A DNA stretch of 64,000 bases from Malacoraja senta (GCA_038087875.1 CM075988.1:11100001-11164000), one strand, 5' to 3'; numbered from the stretch's first letter, positions 11,114-24,447 are shown. Program-made: numbers and translations. Notes: a model not told the origin generated them from the letters alone.

Positions 11114-12463
11114 CATAACGAAACAAATATAAAATACACACTGGTCAGTCAACATCTGAAGTGCTAATGAGTAAAAAACATTAACCCTTCAACCTGAAAA
11201 CTTAAATGCTGTACATGCTGGAAATATGGAGTAAAAACAAAGCATGTTGGCAAAAGCAAATTGGAGATTTTTGTGCAAAAACAAACAGTAAACTTTTCTA
11301 ATCTACGTTCCTTTTCGCAGATGTTGCTTGATCTGCTGTGGTTTCAAAACATTTTAGAGGTTTAGATTCATTATTTGTTTGCAGCACTTGCAATTTTCCA
11401 TCAGGTTGCCCAGTTGGCATTGCAATTGGCTGGAGAGCAATAGATTTAAAATGTTAGTGCTTGTGACGCCATAACATTTGATGGCGGCCTAGAATCATTC
11501 AGCAGTAAAACAAGCCTATTGACCCACACTGACCTTCAAGCACCTCCACTAATCTTTTTATAAATTTATTTACCTCACGTTCCCATTAACTGATCCCCCA
11601 GATTTGACCATTCAGAATCACCGATGTCAATTTACAGTAACCAATCCTCCCATCTTTTGGATATGGGTGGAAATTGGGGGGGGGGTGGGGGGGGGAACCA
11701 CAGGACCATTAGCAACCACAGAAAGTTGAGAGCACGCAACACCTTGTAGGGAACAAGCCAGATGCATAAACTTGAAGCGACAGGTGGCAACATCTTTCCA
11801 AAATATTGTTCAGTATGCAGGCATGCTTTTCTGAGCAGTTGTTTATTTCAGGTCAAATTTGTTTATTCAAAACTTTTTTAAAAAGGAGTTCCCCTTTTCT
11901 GCAATTAATAACAGAGTTTAGATTTTTCCCCAGCAAATAAAGAGCTGATTTTAAACTGATCTTGGCTTCCTGATCATTAAAAGGTTGAGCAATGTTGAGT
12001 ATTCTACTGAATAAATGAATCATTGAGCTTTAAAATCTAATTTTGTGTAATTATAAGCAGTAAAAGTGACATTTGATATTGTTATTCACATATCTCCCTT
12101 TATGACCCATTGTATTTTGTTATACTTGTGGATCTTCACAATTCCTTGTCCTTACTAATGTTGATATTTAATCCCTGAGCATTGCAACTCTTTTGCAAAC
12201 TTTTCTCTCTCTTTATGCAATCCTCGCCACTTTCTCCCCACTTCTACAATCAGTCTGAAGAAGGGCACTGACCCAGAATGTCACGTGTCCATTCCCTCCA
12301 CAGATGCTGTCTGTCACGTTCCTCTGGCACTGTGTAATGTCTGCTTATGTGGTGTGATGTCACATTTTATGTGGAGGTACTCCTGTGAACTGCCTTGCTG
12401 TGTTTTGCAGTGTTCAATACATTATGAAATTATAAATACAATTGCTGCCTCTACATTGGGTGA

Positions 12464-12890
12464 TTTTATTTTTAATTTTTTTTAAATTTTTTATATTGCT
12501 AAAAAGGAAAGGTTGAGATTAAGAAAAAAGAGAAAGTGAAGGAAAATAGTGAAGGTGTAAAAATGTGACAACAAGAAAGAACAGAGACCCTGTAGAAAAG
12601 AAATTAAAAAGAAAGGATTAAGAGATAGACCCTAAAGAAGAAAGAAAAGAGAAAGAGGAAAACAGAGAAAAACAAATACTTTGTTATAAGCATCATGCAA
12701 ATGGGATATACCAACTCTCCAACTTTCATCCCCCTTTACCTGACCTCAGTTTTTTTTAAAGTACTTTTGCACCCTATACTTGTAATAATTCTATAAATGC
12801 AGACCACGTCAGGTGGAAGTGATCTGGTTTACCTGCCAGGAGGAGTCTTATCTCTTCTAGGTTCAACATGTTGACGAACATTTCTAAAAT
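12464..12890 (-). mobile_element. L1-clade LINE 3' end (ORF2 C-terminus, 3' UTR and A-rich tail)
   Basis: Minus-strand 12869-12774 reads MLNLEEIRLLLAGKPDHFHLTWSAFIELLQV*, resembling fish L1 ORF2 ends. It is followed by a pyrimidine-rich UTR and an A-rich tail. Confidence 0.6.
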
Positions 12891-15043
12891 GAATTTATCT
12901 GTTCACTTTGAACAAACTGGGATTCAAATCAGAGGATTTTTTGTTGGTTAGGCACACAATGCTGGAATAACTCAGTGGGACAGGCAGCATCTCTGGAGAG
13001 AAGGAGACAGAATGATGTGCAACTTGAGGAAACATTTAATGACATAGCCATAAAAATCAATGGAAGATGACACAAATGTGAGAGCAGGTGTCGTTTCAGG
13101 TCAGAGCCCTTCTTGAGAATCAAACATAGAACTAGTGTGAACGGGTGATTGATTGTTGGCATGGACTCAGTGGACCAAAGGGCCTGTTTCCATGTTGTGT
13201 CTCTAAACTTGCCAATTGTCATCGGCTTCAGGTTGTGACATCCTTCTGTACCTTTGTAGGTTCTGCGCTGTCTGGACCAAACCATGGGAGTCTGTTTCTT
13301 CTGTTCAGAAAGATTTAGCTTTGGATTTCTGGAGCTATTCCTGAAGGAACCCACTGAGCCAGTGAGCTCTGGTACAATAACTTGTCTACTGAAAATATAC
13401 TTGGGGAATTATCATCTTGTGGGTCTATTGTGATTTTTTTTCCCCATATTGAGATACCAAAATCTAATGTCATAAATAAATTGGCAAGTGCATTAACAAA
13501 CATTATGATAATTGGAATCCCCCATTGAGATGATATAAAACTATTGTCATCTCAAAAAAAAATCTGCAACATAAAGCAAGCTGTAAATAATCCAGGTTTA
13601 AGTTAATGTTAGTAATGTTAGTAATGAAGGAGAGGTGGCTTAGGACAGTTTTTAAGTAGAATTAGTTTTAGAGAGACACAGAAGTTTGCATAATATTATG
13701 GGAGAGGCTGACATGTACAGATCGGCTCTGCCTGCATTCATAATTCGGAGATACAAGGAAAACGAAATGCTGAAGTCTAGAGCAAAAATGTTGGATGGAG
13801 CTTGGCATCTCTACCGGGAATGGACAGATGATATTTCAGCTTGGGATCCTTCTGACATAACTTGATGCGATACATTTTATTAAGTTGGTGATTTGGAAAG
13901 AATGAGGTGTCCTTAGCCTTGCCAATGTTATTCCCTCGTGTCTCTGGCTAAAACAGTATTTTTATACTGTTCTTCAGACAACAGGATAGATTGGTTATAT
14001 TAAAGCTATGCTAATTGGAGATAAACGAGGAAGCACTTTCTCATCATGAATCAGGTTGGACCTGTGGTCCTGGATCAATTCATATTGGGCCAATTTATTT
14101 ATTTTAAATTTAAGGTCCAATGGCAAATGTATCGAGGGGACTTGTATAAAGCTGAGCAGATGGTGCTGAGGCACAGATCACTCAAGGTCTCATAGAAAAA
14201 GCTCAAGGATGAATGATCTTCCCCTATCTCTCCATAATTTGTCATCAGAATCCTGTTGCAAATGAAAACTGTAGGTTTCTACATAGCTGTCTCCAACACG
14301 TAGCTTTTTCTTCTGCATTTAATCCAGGATGAGTCCTGTCAAGCATTGTGTGACTACTCTCTCTGAGCCTACTGGATTGTATTGTGCTTTACATTCCAAC
14401 AATTAGTCACACACTGACACAACAATACCAGTTGCTGTTCACGACTAGGAAGTAAATGAAAAATACAGGTTCACTAAATGGTGGAAAGTTAAAGCTTTTA
14501 CTGTTTCTCAGGCTTGTTTGCACTTTTTACCAGCAAGCTATAAGAATATTTAAATGATTTTCCTCTGTATTGTCCATATTTGAGCTGTATTTGAACTTAG
14601 CCTCTGTTGAGAATAAACTGTTATGACTGGACTGGAGATGTGGGTCTGTCAGCAAATTAGAGAAAGTTTGCCAGAGGTTGACATTATTGTAGCCTGGATA
14701 ATAATTGTATTGGATTATGTTGTTTCTTTTTTTCATTCAACGCAAAGTCTTGATGAACATGAACATAACCACACGGGCTCTGGATGGGACAACAGCAGGG
14801 ATTGTTGAACAAAGAGATGTTTCCATGTAGAATCTTAATCCAGATAGCAATCGCAGTGATGAAGCTGTCTGCTGAGTCTGAGTGATGTTTGTTTCTGAAA
14901 AATTCAAAAGCAAAATCATTTGATTTCTCAGTTTTTACATTTCAGATGTAGTCCTTCAGTTGAAAAAATGCAATTATTCAATTAATCGGATCAAATCTGT
15001 GACATTGTGAATTACAAGAAGGAAACTGTACCATCGTTACCTT

Positions 15044-15191
15044 GTTTAGCTTAGTTCAGTGATACAGCGCGGAAATGGGCCCTTCGGCCCCTTGAGTCCA
15101 TACCGACCAGCGATCCCCATTACATTGACACTACCCTACATACAGTAGGGACAATTTTACAATTATACCAAGCCAAGTAACCTACAGACCT
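15044..15191 (-). mobile_element. HE1-type V-SINE 3' part, truncated by the assembly gap
   Basis: Tail motif GGCCCTTCGGCCC and body sequence match the other copies, then run into Ns. Confidence 0.8.
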
Positions 15192-15391
15192 NNNNNNNNN
15201 NNNNNNNNNNNNNNNNNNNNNNNNNNNNNNNNNNNNNNNNNNNNNNNNNNNNNNNNNNNNNNNNNNNNNNNNNNNNNNNNNNNNNNNNNNNNNNNNNNNN
15301 NNNNNNNNNNNNNNNNNNNNNNNNNNNNNNNNNNNNNNNNNNNNNNNNNNNNNNNNNNNNNNNNNNNNNNNNNNNNNNNNNNNNNNNNNNN
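15192..15391. other. Assembly gap (200 N)
   Basis: Run of exactly 200 N, most likely a fixed-length scaffolding placeholder. Confidence 0.99.
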
Positions 15392-15670
15392 GTGCTCGAA
15401 CCCCTCGGCACCAAGTGTCATTTACAAGCAATTGATCACAATTGCAAGCTTTCCTTTGACTGCTGTGGAGTGAGAAAAATGTGGCACCGGGGACTTCAGA
15501 CAGGACTGGGGGGATAACAGATCATAGCTCAGCACATGACAGGAACAGGCCCTTCGGCCCATAAAGTCTATGCCAAACATGATTAGGTTTAACTGATCTC
15601 TTCTGCTGGTACTGATCCATATACTCCCCATTCCCTGCATCCATGTGCCTATCTCAAAGCCTCGTAAACA

Positions 15671-16060
15671 CGATACGATACGATATAACTTTATTTATCC
15701 TAGGAGGGAAACAGTCATAAAACACGAAAAGATACATGAAACATGAAATTAAAGTGACGAGTGGAAAGTCCAGGATTGGGGATGTATAAAGATTGTGGGG
15801 AGAGGAGGGGGAAGTGGAGTCGGTTTACTCCACGACAGAAAGGGGAGTAGTTGTACAGTTTGACAGCCACATGGAAAAATGTTCTCCTGTGGCGTTCTGT
15901 GCTGCATCGTGGTGGAACCAGTCTGTTGCTGAAGGTGCTCCTCTGCGTTTTGAGGACTGAAGTACCCCTCCAAGACCACCTCCAATGAATCCAACTTCAC
16001 TCCCAGGAAGGAGCCATCCTTCCTGATGAGCTTGTTGATTATTTTTGTCGTCCGCGGCCA
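15671..16060 (-). mobile_element. Rex1/Babar LINE 3' fragment with (TCGTA)n tail, inserted into a CR1 tail (15520-16110)
   Basis: Minus-strand LDSLEVVLEG motif and CGATACGATACGATA tail. Same family as 56845-57297. Confidence 0.78.
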
Positions 16061-16184
16061 CTCTTATGCCTGCCTCCACCATCGCCCCTGGCAGAGCAGT
16101 CCAGACACCCACCTCGTTGTTAACTGAGGGGAAGGTGACAGACAATCATGGAAATCTGCAGTTCCTTCCTACACGTCTTATTTC

Positions 16185-17360
16185 CAAGCTCCTGATATAT
16201 TTGATTGGATTAAGAGTACAGTGAGGATGTAAAGACGCATCAGAGGTCTGTGAGCAAGCTGAGTGAATGGGCAAAAACATAACAGATGCAATATAACGTG
16301 CACGAATATGATGCAAAACACATCTGTTGAATGCATTGGAAAATCAGATATTCTTTTAGGGATTATGTAGTATTGGGACCTAGGTATGCCTGTATACAAG
16401 TACACTGAAAGGCAACATGTAGATGTAACATAAATAGGAAGGTAACAGGTTAGTTGGCCAAAACTGAAATTGCAGGAGGAACTCAATGGATTAGGCAACA
16501 TCTGTGGAGGAAATGGACAAGCGTCATTTTTAGTTGATCTTTATTACGGGAGGATTTGATAGTAATCAAATCTTACAGAGATTGATTTGGTTCTTCCATG
16601 TGGAGAACTGTATGCAGTTTTGGACAGGAACTGTAGATGCTGGATTACACAAAAAAAAGCTAAATTAACTCAGTGGGCCAGGCAGCATCTCTGGAGAACA
16701 TGGATAGGTGATGTTTCAAGTTGTGACCCTTCTTCAGATTTATGGTGGGGGAGGGGAAGAGCAGGTGGGACTGTGGTGGAGGATGGAGGGGGGAAAACCT
16801 TCCCGCCCCGAAGTACCACCTATCCACATTCTCCAGAGTTGCTGCTGAGCACTTTGTGTCTTTTTTTAAGTTTTGGACTCCTCTCTGAGGAGAGAATGTA
16901 GTCATCATAAAGGGAACGCAGCAAAGATACACTGGACCAGCTGCCGTGTTAGTGGGTTTGCAGCATGGAAGAGTATTCTCCAGAGTTTAGAAGAAAGAGA
17001 GGAAATTTCATTGAAACATCCAAACCACTAACAGGGTTCGACAGATTGGATGCAGGGAGAGTTGTTTTTTTTTAACTGGCTGAGGTGTCGGAAATTAGGA
17101 ATCAGTCTCAGAATAAAGCTGTTTAGGATGAAGAAGAAGATTCAAAGGGTGGGATTTCTGCGGAATTCTCCACTGGGGAGGCTCAGTAATTGAATTCAGT
17201 CACAACAAAGATTGATGGATTGCTGCACCAAAAGGGAATTAAACAGAATTCAGGAAAATGGTGGAAAATAACAGAGCTAGAAAACAGACATCAGTGATGA
17301 ATGACAGAGCAAGACGAAAGGAACCGTTAGTTTTCTCCTGCTCCTATCTCCTCTGTCCTA
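16185..17360 (+). mobile_element. Old, highly degraded CR1 fragment with PLE pieces inserted
   Basis: Remnants such as AAGCTGAGTGAATGGGCAAAAAC (LSEWAK) and GAGTTTAGAAGAAAGAGAGG (EFRRxRG). PLE units lie at ~16465-16540 and ~16625-16865. Confidence 0.6.
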
Positions 17361-17419
17361 ATGCATATTCTCTGACCCTCAACCTCAAAATCCCACCCTT
17401 CCCTTAAAGGATATTTATT

Positions 17420-18085
17420 TACAGGGAGAATGTAGTCAGAGACAGTAAGACTGGTGGGAGAAGTGTGAAGGGGGAGGGGATGGAGAGAGAAGGAAAGAAA
17501 GGGCTATTTGAAGTTAGAGAAGTTAATGTTCCTACCGCTGGGGTGTAAGTTACCCAAGTGAAATATGAGGTGCTGTTCCTCCAATTTGCGCTGGGCCTCA
17601 CTCTGACAATGGAGGAGGCCCAGGACAGAAAGGTCAGGTTGGGAATGGGAGGGGAAATTAAAGTGCTAGGCAACAGGGAGATCAGGTAGGTTGAGGCGGA
17701 CTGAGCGGAGGTGTTCAGCAAAACCATCGCCGAGCCTGCGCTTGGTCTAGCCAATGAACAGAAGTTGAGACCTTGAACAGCGGATACAGTAGATGAGGTT
17801 GGAGGAGGTGCAGGTGAACCTCTGCCTCACTTGAAAAGACTGTCGGTGTTCTTGGATGGAGTCGAGGTGGGGAGGGGGTAAAGGGCCAGGTGTTGCATCT
17901 CCTGCAGTTGCATGCGGAAAGTACCTGGGGAGGGGGTGGTTGGGTGGGAAGGGATGAGTGGACCAGGGGGTTGCGGAGAGAACGGACTCTGCGGAAAGCA
18001 GAAAGGGGTGGAGATGGGAAGATATGGCCAGTAGTAGGATCCCGTTGGAGGTGACAAATGTGTTGGAGGATTATATGCTGGATGC
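17420..18085 (-). pseudogene. Penelope-like element ORF 3' part: Cys-rich linker plus GIY-YIG endonuclease, disrupted
   Basis: Reads LQRDPTTGHIFPSPPLSAFRR..SLRNPLVHS, then CNCRRCNT, then CTSSNLIYCIRCSRSQLLFIG*TKRRLGDGFAEHLRSVR...HFN...LEEQHLIFHLGNLHPSGRN. Contains stops and frameshifts. Confidence 0.88.
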
Positions 18086-18234
18086 GTATCAATTTACATT
18101 TAACTCAGGGGTACAGGCAGCATCTTTGGAGAGAAGGAATGGGTGACGTTTTGGGTTGAGACCCTTCTTCAGACTCGACCTGAAGCATCATCCATTACTT
18201 CTCTCCAGAGATGCTGCCTGTCCCTATGAGTTAC

Positions 18235-20965
18235 ATAGAAACATAGAAACATAGAAAATAGGTGCAGGAGTAGGCCATTCGGCCCTTCGAGCCTGCACCG
18301 CCATTCAATATGATCATGGCTGATTATTCAACTCAGTATCCTGTACCTGCCTTCTCTCCATACCCCCTGATCCCTTTAGCCACAAGGGCCACATCTAACT
18401 CCCTCTTAAATATAGCCAATGAACTGGCCTCAACTACCTTCTGTGGCAGAGAATTCCAGAGATTTACCACTCTGTGTGAAAAAAGTTTTTCTCGTCTCGG
18501 TCCTTAAAGATTTCCCCTTTATCCTTAAACTGTGACCCCTTGTCATGGACTTCCCCAACATCGGAAACAATCTTCCTGCATCTAGCCTGTCCAACCCCTT
18601 AAGAATTTTGTAAGTTTCTATAAGATCCCCGCCTCAATCTTCTAAATTCTAGCGAGTACAAGCTGAGTCTATCCAGTCTTTCTTCATATGAAAAGTCCTG
18701 ACATCCCAGGAATCAGTCTGGTGAACCTTCTCTGTACTCCCTCCATGGCATGAATGTCTTTCCTCAGATTTGGAGACCAAAACTGTACGCAATACTCCAG
18801 GTGTGGTCTCACCAAGACCCTGTACAATTGCAGTAGAACCTCCCTGCTCCTATACTCAATTCCCTTTGCTATGAATGCTAACATACCATTCGCTTTCTTC
18901 ACTGGCTGCTGCACCTGCATGCCTACTTTCAATGACTGGTGTACCATGACACCCAGGTCTCGTTGCATCTCCCCTTTTCCTAATCGGCCACCATTCAGAT
19001 AATAGTCTACTTTCCTGTTTTTGCCACCAAAGTGGATAACCTCACATTTATCCACATTATACTGCATCTGCCATGCATTTGCCCACTCACCCAGCCTATC
19101 CAAGTCACCCTGCAGCCTCCTAGCATCCTCCTCACAGCTAACACTGCCCCCCAGCTTCGTGTCATCCGCAAACTTGGAGATGTTGGATTCAATTCCCTCG
19201 TCCAAATCATTAATATATATTGTAAATAGCTGGGGTCCCAGCACTGAGCCTTGCGGTACCCCACTAGTCACTGCCTGCCATTCTGAAAAGGACCCGTTTA
19301 TTCCTACTCTTTGCTTCCTGTTTGCCAGCCAGTTCTCTATCCACATCAATACTGAACCCCCAATACCATGTGCTTTAAGTTTGTATACTAATCTCTTATG
19401 TGGGACCTTGTCGAAAGCCTTCTGAAATTCCAGATATAACACATCCACTGGTTCTCCCTCATCCAATCTACTAGTTACATCCTCGAATAATTCTATAAGA
19501 TTCGTCAGACATGATTTACCTTTCGTAAATCCATGCTGACTTTGTCCAATGATTTCACCACTTTCCAAATGTGCTGCTATCCCATCTTTAATAACTGACT
19601 CTAGCAGTTTCCCCACTACCGATGTTAGACTAACAGGTCTGTAATTCCCTGTTTTCTCCCTCCCTCCCTTTTTAAAAAGTGGGGTTACATTAGCTACCCT
19701 CCAATCCTCAGGAACTACTCCAGAATCTAAGGAGTTTTGAAAAATTATCACTAATGCGTCCACTATTTCTGGGGCTACTTCCTTAAGTACTCTGGGATGC
19801 AGCCTATCTGGCCCTGGGGATTTATCGGCCTTTAATCCATTCAATTTACCTAACACCACTTCCCGGCTAACCTGAATTTCACTCAGTTCCTCCATCTCAT
19901 TTGACCCGCGGTTCCCTGCTATTTCCGGCAGATTATTTATGTCTTCCTTAGTGAAGACAGAACTAAAGTAGTTATTCAATTGGTCTGCCACGTCATTGTT
20001 CCCCATGATCAATTCACCCGTTTCTCACTGCAAGTGACCTACATTTGTTTTAACTAATCTTTTTCTCTTCACATATCTATAAAAACTTTTGCAGTCAGTT
20101 TTTATGTTCCCTGCCAGTTTTCTTTCATAATCAATTTTCCCTTTCCTAATTAAGCCCTTTGTCCTCCTCTGCTGGACCTTGAATTTCTCCCAGTCCTCTG
20201 GTAGGCTGCTTTTTCTGGCTAATTTGTACGCTTCATCTTTTGTTTTGATACTATCCCTGATGTCCCTTGTTATCCACGGATGCACTACCTTCCCTGATTT
20301 ATTCTTTTGCCAAACTAGGATGAACAATTGTTGTAGTTCATCCATGCAGTCTTTTAATGCCTTCCATTGCATATCCACCGTCAACCCATTAAGAATCAAT
20401 TGCCAGTCAACCTTGGCCAATTCACTACTCATACCCTCAAAGTTACCTTTCTTTAAGTTCAGAACCCTTGTTTCTGAATTAACAATGTCACTCTCCATCC
20501 TAATGAACTCAACCATATTATGGTCACTCTTGCCCAAGGGGCCACGCACAACAAGACTGCTAACTAACCTTTCCTCATTACTGAATACCCAGTCTAGAAT
20601 AACCTGCTCTCTCGTTGGTTCCTCTACATGTTGGTTTAGAAAACTATCCCGCATACATTCCAAGAAATCCTCTTCCTCAGCACCCCTGCCAATTTGATTC
20701 ATCCAATCTATATGTAGATTGAAGTCACCCATTATAACTGTTTTACCTTTGTTGCACGCATTTCTAATTTCCTGTTTGATGCCATCCCCAACTCCACTAC
20801 TACTGTTAGGTGGCCTGTACACAACACCCACTAGTGTTTTCTGCCCCTTAGTGTTCCGCAGCTCTACCCATATCGATTCCACATCCTCCAAGCTAATGTC
20901 CTTCCTTTCCATTGCGTTAATTTCCTCTCTAACCAGCAACGCTACCCCACCTCCTTTTCCTTTCT
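18235..20965 (-). mobile_element. Young 5'-truncated CR1 LINE (~2.7 kb)
   Basis: Partial APE endonuclease plus complete RT, 3' UTR and (ATGTTTCT)n tail (ACATAGAA repeats at 18233-18257). Confidence 0.97.
18684..20939 (-). pseudogene. CR1 ORF2 (APE endonuclease C-half plus reverse transcriptase), disrupted
   Basis: Motifs VYRPP, MGDFN, SDH, NYRPVSLTS, FQKAFDKV, GVPQGSVLGP and KFADD. In-frame TGA at 20025-20027 separates the two track ORFs, and there is a frameshift near 18690. Confidence 0.95.
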
Positions 20966-21311
20966 CTCTCCTTTACTCCAGCTTTTTGTGTCTATCTTTG
21001 GTTTAAACCAGCACCTGCAGTTCCTTCTTACACATTTTGTCTATTTACATTTGGCGATGTTCATGACTGGATGTATTTGACCTATTTTCACAATGTTTTG
21101 TATGTAGTTTTTTACTGTTAGTTTAAGCCTAAACACCAGCTGACTGATCCCTCTCAATATTCTACATTCCATGCAATTTTCTATAAATACCGTGACATGC
21201 CGAATGGAAATCCCAAATGTGAAATATGACAAATTACAGTGAAAATCCTCGTTGTTTAATAATTGTCCTTTTATTCAAAAATTGTTGTTTCTGACCTCAA
21301 ATAGATCCATT

Positions 21312-23035
21312 TGTCAAGTGAAGTCAACTTTATTTGTCACATACACATACAAGATGTGCAGTGAAATGAAAGTGGCAATGCCTGCGGATTGTGCAAAAAC
21401 AACAGGACAGAATAGAAAAGAATCAGTATTTACATGTAAGAATTTTTTTTAAGACACAATACAACAGTAATTTAATACAGTAAATTAGTCCCTGGTGAGA
21501 TAAGAGTTTACAGTCCTGATGGCCTGTGGGAAGAAACTCTGTCTCATCCTCCCTGTTTTCACAGCATGACAGCGGAGGCGTTTGCCTGAATGTAGCAACT
21601 GGAACAGTCCGTTGCTGGGGGGGTAGGGGTTCCCCATAATGTTGCTGGCTCTGGACCTTCACCTCCTGGTGTATAGGTCCTGCAGGGGGGGGGGGGCGAG
21701 TGTAGTTCCCATGATGCGTTCGGCCAAACGCACTACTCTCTGCAGAGCCTTCCTGTCCTGGGCAGAGCAGTTCCCAAACCAGATTGTGATGTTGCCGGAC
21801 AAGATTCTACAGACCCAGAGTAGAAGCACTGAAGGATCCTCAGAGAGACTCTGAATATCCTCATCTGCCTGAGGTGGTAAAGGCGCTGCCTTGCCTTACT
21901 CACCAATGCAGCAGTGTGTGTTGTCCATGTCAGATCCTCCGTGATGTGGACTCCCAGGTATTTAAAGCAGCTCACCCTGTCCACAGTAGTCCCATTTATC
22001 TCCAGTGGCTTGTACGTCCTCGGATGTTGTGCCCTTCTAAAGTCCACAATCAGCTCCTTAGTTTTTGTGACATTCAAGAGGAGGCTGTTGTCCTGACACC
22101 AGAGTGCCAGATCACCCACCTCCTCCCGGTAGGCCTTCTCATCGTTATCGGAGATCAGGCCCACCACCACAGTGTCATCAGCAAACTTGATGTTGGAGCT
22201 GAACCTGGCCACACAGTCATGTGTGTACAGGGAGTACAGTAGGGGGCTAAGGACACAACCCTGGGGGGATCCTGTGTTCAGGGTGAGGGGGTTGGATGTA
22301 TGTCTCCCCATCTTGACCACCTGGGGCCTGGCGGTGAGAAAGTCCAGGACCCAGGAACACAGGGGAGTGTTAAGCCCCAGTTTCAGCAGCTTCTCAGCAA
22401 GTGTGGCGGGAACTATCGTATTGAAAACTGAACTGAAGTCAATGAACAGCATCCTCACACAGCCCCCCTCTGGCTGTCAAGGTGACAGAACCTGGGAGAC
22501 CGCATCATCCGTGGATCTGTTCGGACGGTATGCGAACTGCAGCGGGTCCATGTTGCGAGGGAGGAAGGCGTAGATGTGGTTCTTGATCAGCCTCTCAAAG
22601 CATTTCATGACCACCGAGGTGAGGGCCACCGGTCGGTAGTCAATCAAGCAAGCTGGAGAGGCATTCTTTGGCACTGGTACAATGGTGGATCTTTTGAAGC
22701 AGTAGGGACCACGGACTTGGCCAGGGAGAGGTTGAATATTGTGGTGAGCACTGGAGCAAGCTGCATAGCACAAGACTTTAGTACTCGCCCAGATATACCA
22801 TCTGGGCCTACAGCTTTCCTCGTGTTCACACACGTCATAGCCCACCTCACGCCGTGTTCGGACACCGAGAATGTGTGCACATCCCCAGCGGTGCACCTCC
22901 CTCCAGCCTCGCCAGCTAGCGTGCTGGCGGTTGTTTTTAGACGGCGAGCAAGGGGTGATGTTGCCCGTCTCGAATCGTGCGTAGAAAGAGTTCAGGTCAT
23001 CAGCTATGGAGGTGTCGCTGATGGTTTGATGGTTG
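21312..23035 (-). mobile_element. Rex1/Babar LINE, 5'-truncated, RT frameshifted
   Basis: [73 protein letters not shown] and FKYLGVHI. 3' UTR ends in (CTTGA)-like repeats. Confidence 0.93.
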
Positions 23036-23247
23036 CGCAATGAATTTAGTTTGGTTTCCCACCAGCTTGTGTTGAGATTTCATTGCTAATAAATGATCAG
23101 CAGAATTTGATGAATACACATCGATGGTAACGTCAATCTTTGGTTTGAAGTGAGAGTTGCCAGAGATGCGTCTTACCTCAGTGAACAGCCACGCATTTCC
23201 TCCGTACATAATCCGGCAGATGTCAAACACCTCTGGAGAGTTGTACA

Positions 23248-24447
23248 GGTAGGCACTGCCTACCCTGACTAAAATTTAAAAATGCTAATTATTAAATATA
23301 AATAGTAAAGGCACGGGAGAATTATGCCTATCGATCTCTTAGGTCGGCAGAATTCTCCGTGCCTGTCATGCGCAGTACATGTAATACGGGAAAGTGTGTG
23401 CAGCTGACGTGCCATCGACGCTGCTTCAAGCCATCAATTTCAAGGGGAGCTGAAGGCAGCTGAAATTCTGGCTTTGCAGCGTGGACTGTGTACTGGGCAT
23501 GCGCAGCGCAAGCGGCTGTAAAGTGGGAAGCGGCTGTAAAAGGACAGCGCCGCTGGGTGGGGGGGGAGAGGGGAGAGTTCCTTTCACCGTGTGTGGGGAG
23601 TCTTGCCAACGGTAAAGTTGCGGGAGGGCAGGAGCATTGAGAAGGAGGGGGTCGGGGATCATGCCAGCAACCAGCTCAAGAGCGGGTCAGTCGGCGATGG
23701 ATAACAGGACAGTGGGCGGTGGAGCTTACTCCATGTGTCAGTGCGAGTAACCTCAATTGGTCCCTTGTTCGCGCTGACACAGAAGTAAGCTCCACCGCCC
23801 GCTGTCCTGTTATCCATCACCCGCTGACCCGCTCCGCTCTATGATCTTTGCTCTTGAGCTGGTCCCCTCACTGTTCAGACGGAGAGCACTTCCAGAGGTG
23901 AGCGGGCTGGCAGAAGGCACTGAGATGGCGGTCGGTTCCGCTGTCCGGTCCCGGCGGCCGCTCGCAGCCACCCAAGCCACTTCCCTCCCCGGCCACAATG
24001 CGATGGCTCCGCGCCCGGTGTGCCGCGGCAGCAGTGAGTGAGTGAGTTTCTGGCATGATCCCCGACCCCCTCCTTCTCAACGCTCCTGCCCTCCCCACAA
24101 CTTTACCCCTGGCCAGACTCCCCACACTCTGTGAAAGAAACTCTCCCCCCAATTGGTCCCTTGAACGAGTATTGTCATTCAATAAGATCACAACTAATTC
24201 AACTTGTCCCGTTGTGCTCCCGTTTTTCCCACCATCTCTCCACCTGCCGTCACCCTCCACCCCCCACCCATTCAGTAATTCAGAATGAAGGAGATTTGGA
24301 AGCCTTGGGCAAATTGAATTGTTACTTTCTTTATTTTTATCTTTTATTTTTACAGAGAGGAGAACAATCTGCGCATGCACGGTTTAAGATTTTTTTTTTA
24401 AGCCGACTGACTGCCTACCTTGAGTAATTACTCACGGCACGTGCCTG
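23248..24447. mobile_element. Non-autonomous hAT-like DNA transposon (~1.2 kb) with damaged left end and internal hairpins
   Basis: 8-bp direct repeat GTTGTACA at 23240-23247 and 24448-24455. The right end is GGCACGTGCCTG (5'-CAGG on the other strand). GGTAGGCA/TGCCTACC sub-terminal motifs occur at both ends. CpG-rich. Confidence 0.7.

Larger units (their letters stand above)
18102..21033. mobile_element. PLE fold-back unit split by the CR1 insertion (parts 18102-18234 and 20973-21033)
   Basis: The left part ends GAGTTAC and the right part resumes TTACTCCAGC, consistent with a 4-bp TTAC duplication. Confidence 0.75.

Noticed and set aside
15120..15431. ORFs containing X runs
   Set aside because: Artefacts of translating through the 200-N gap.
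18684..20012. 442-aa RT ORF as a retron, group II intron, DGR or domesticated gene
   Set aside because: The motifs, upstream APE domain, 3' UTR and microsatellite tail are those of an ordinary CR1 LINE. It is 5'-truncated with a stop and frameshifts.
23176..23232. Minus-strand mini-exon (VFDICRIMYGGNAWLFTE) with a GAG|GTAAGA donor
   Set aside because: The acceptor is weak and abuts the hAT insertion. The frame closes shortly upstream when the element is removed, and the peptide is not recognisable.
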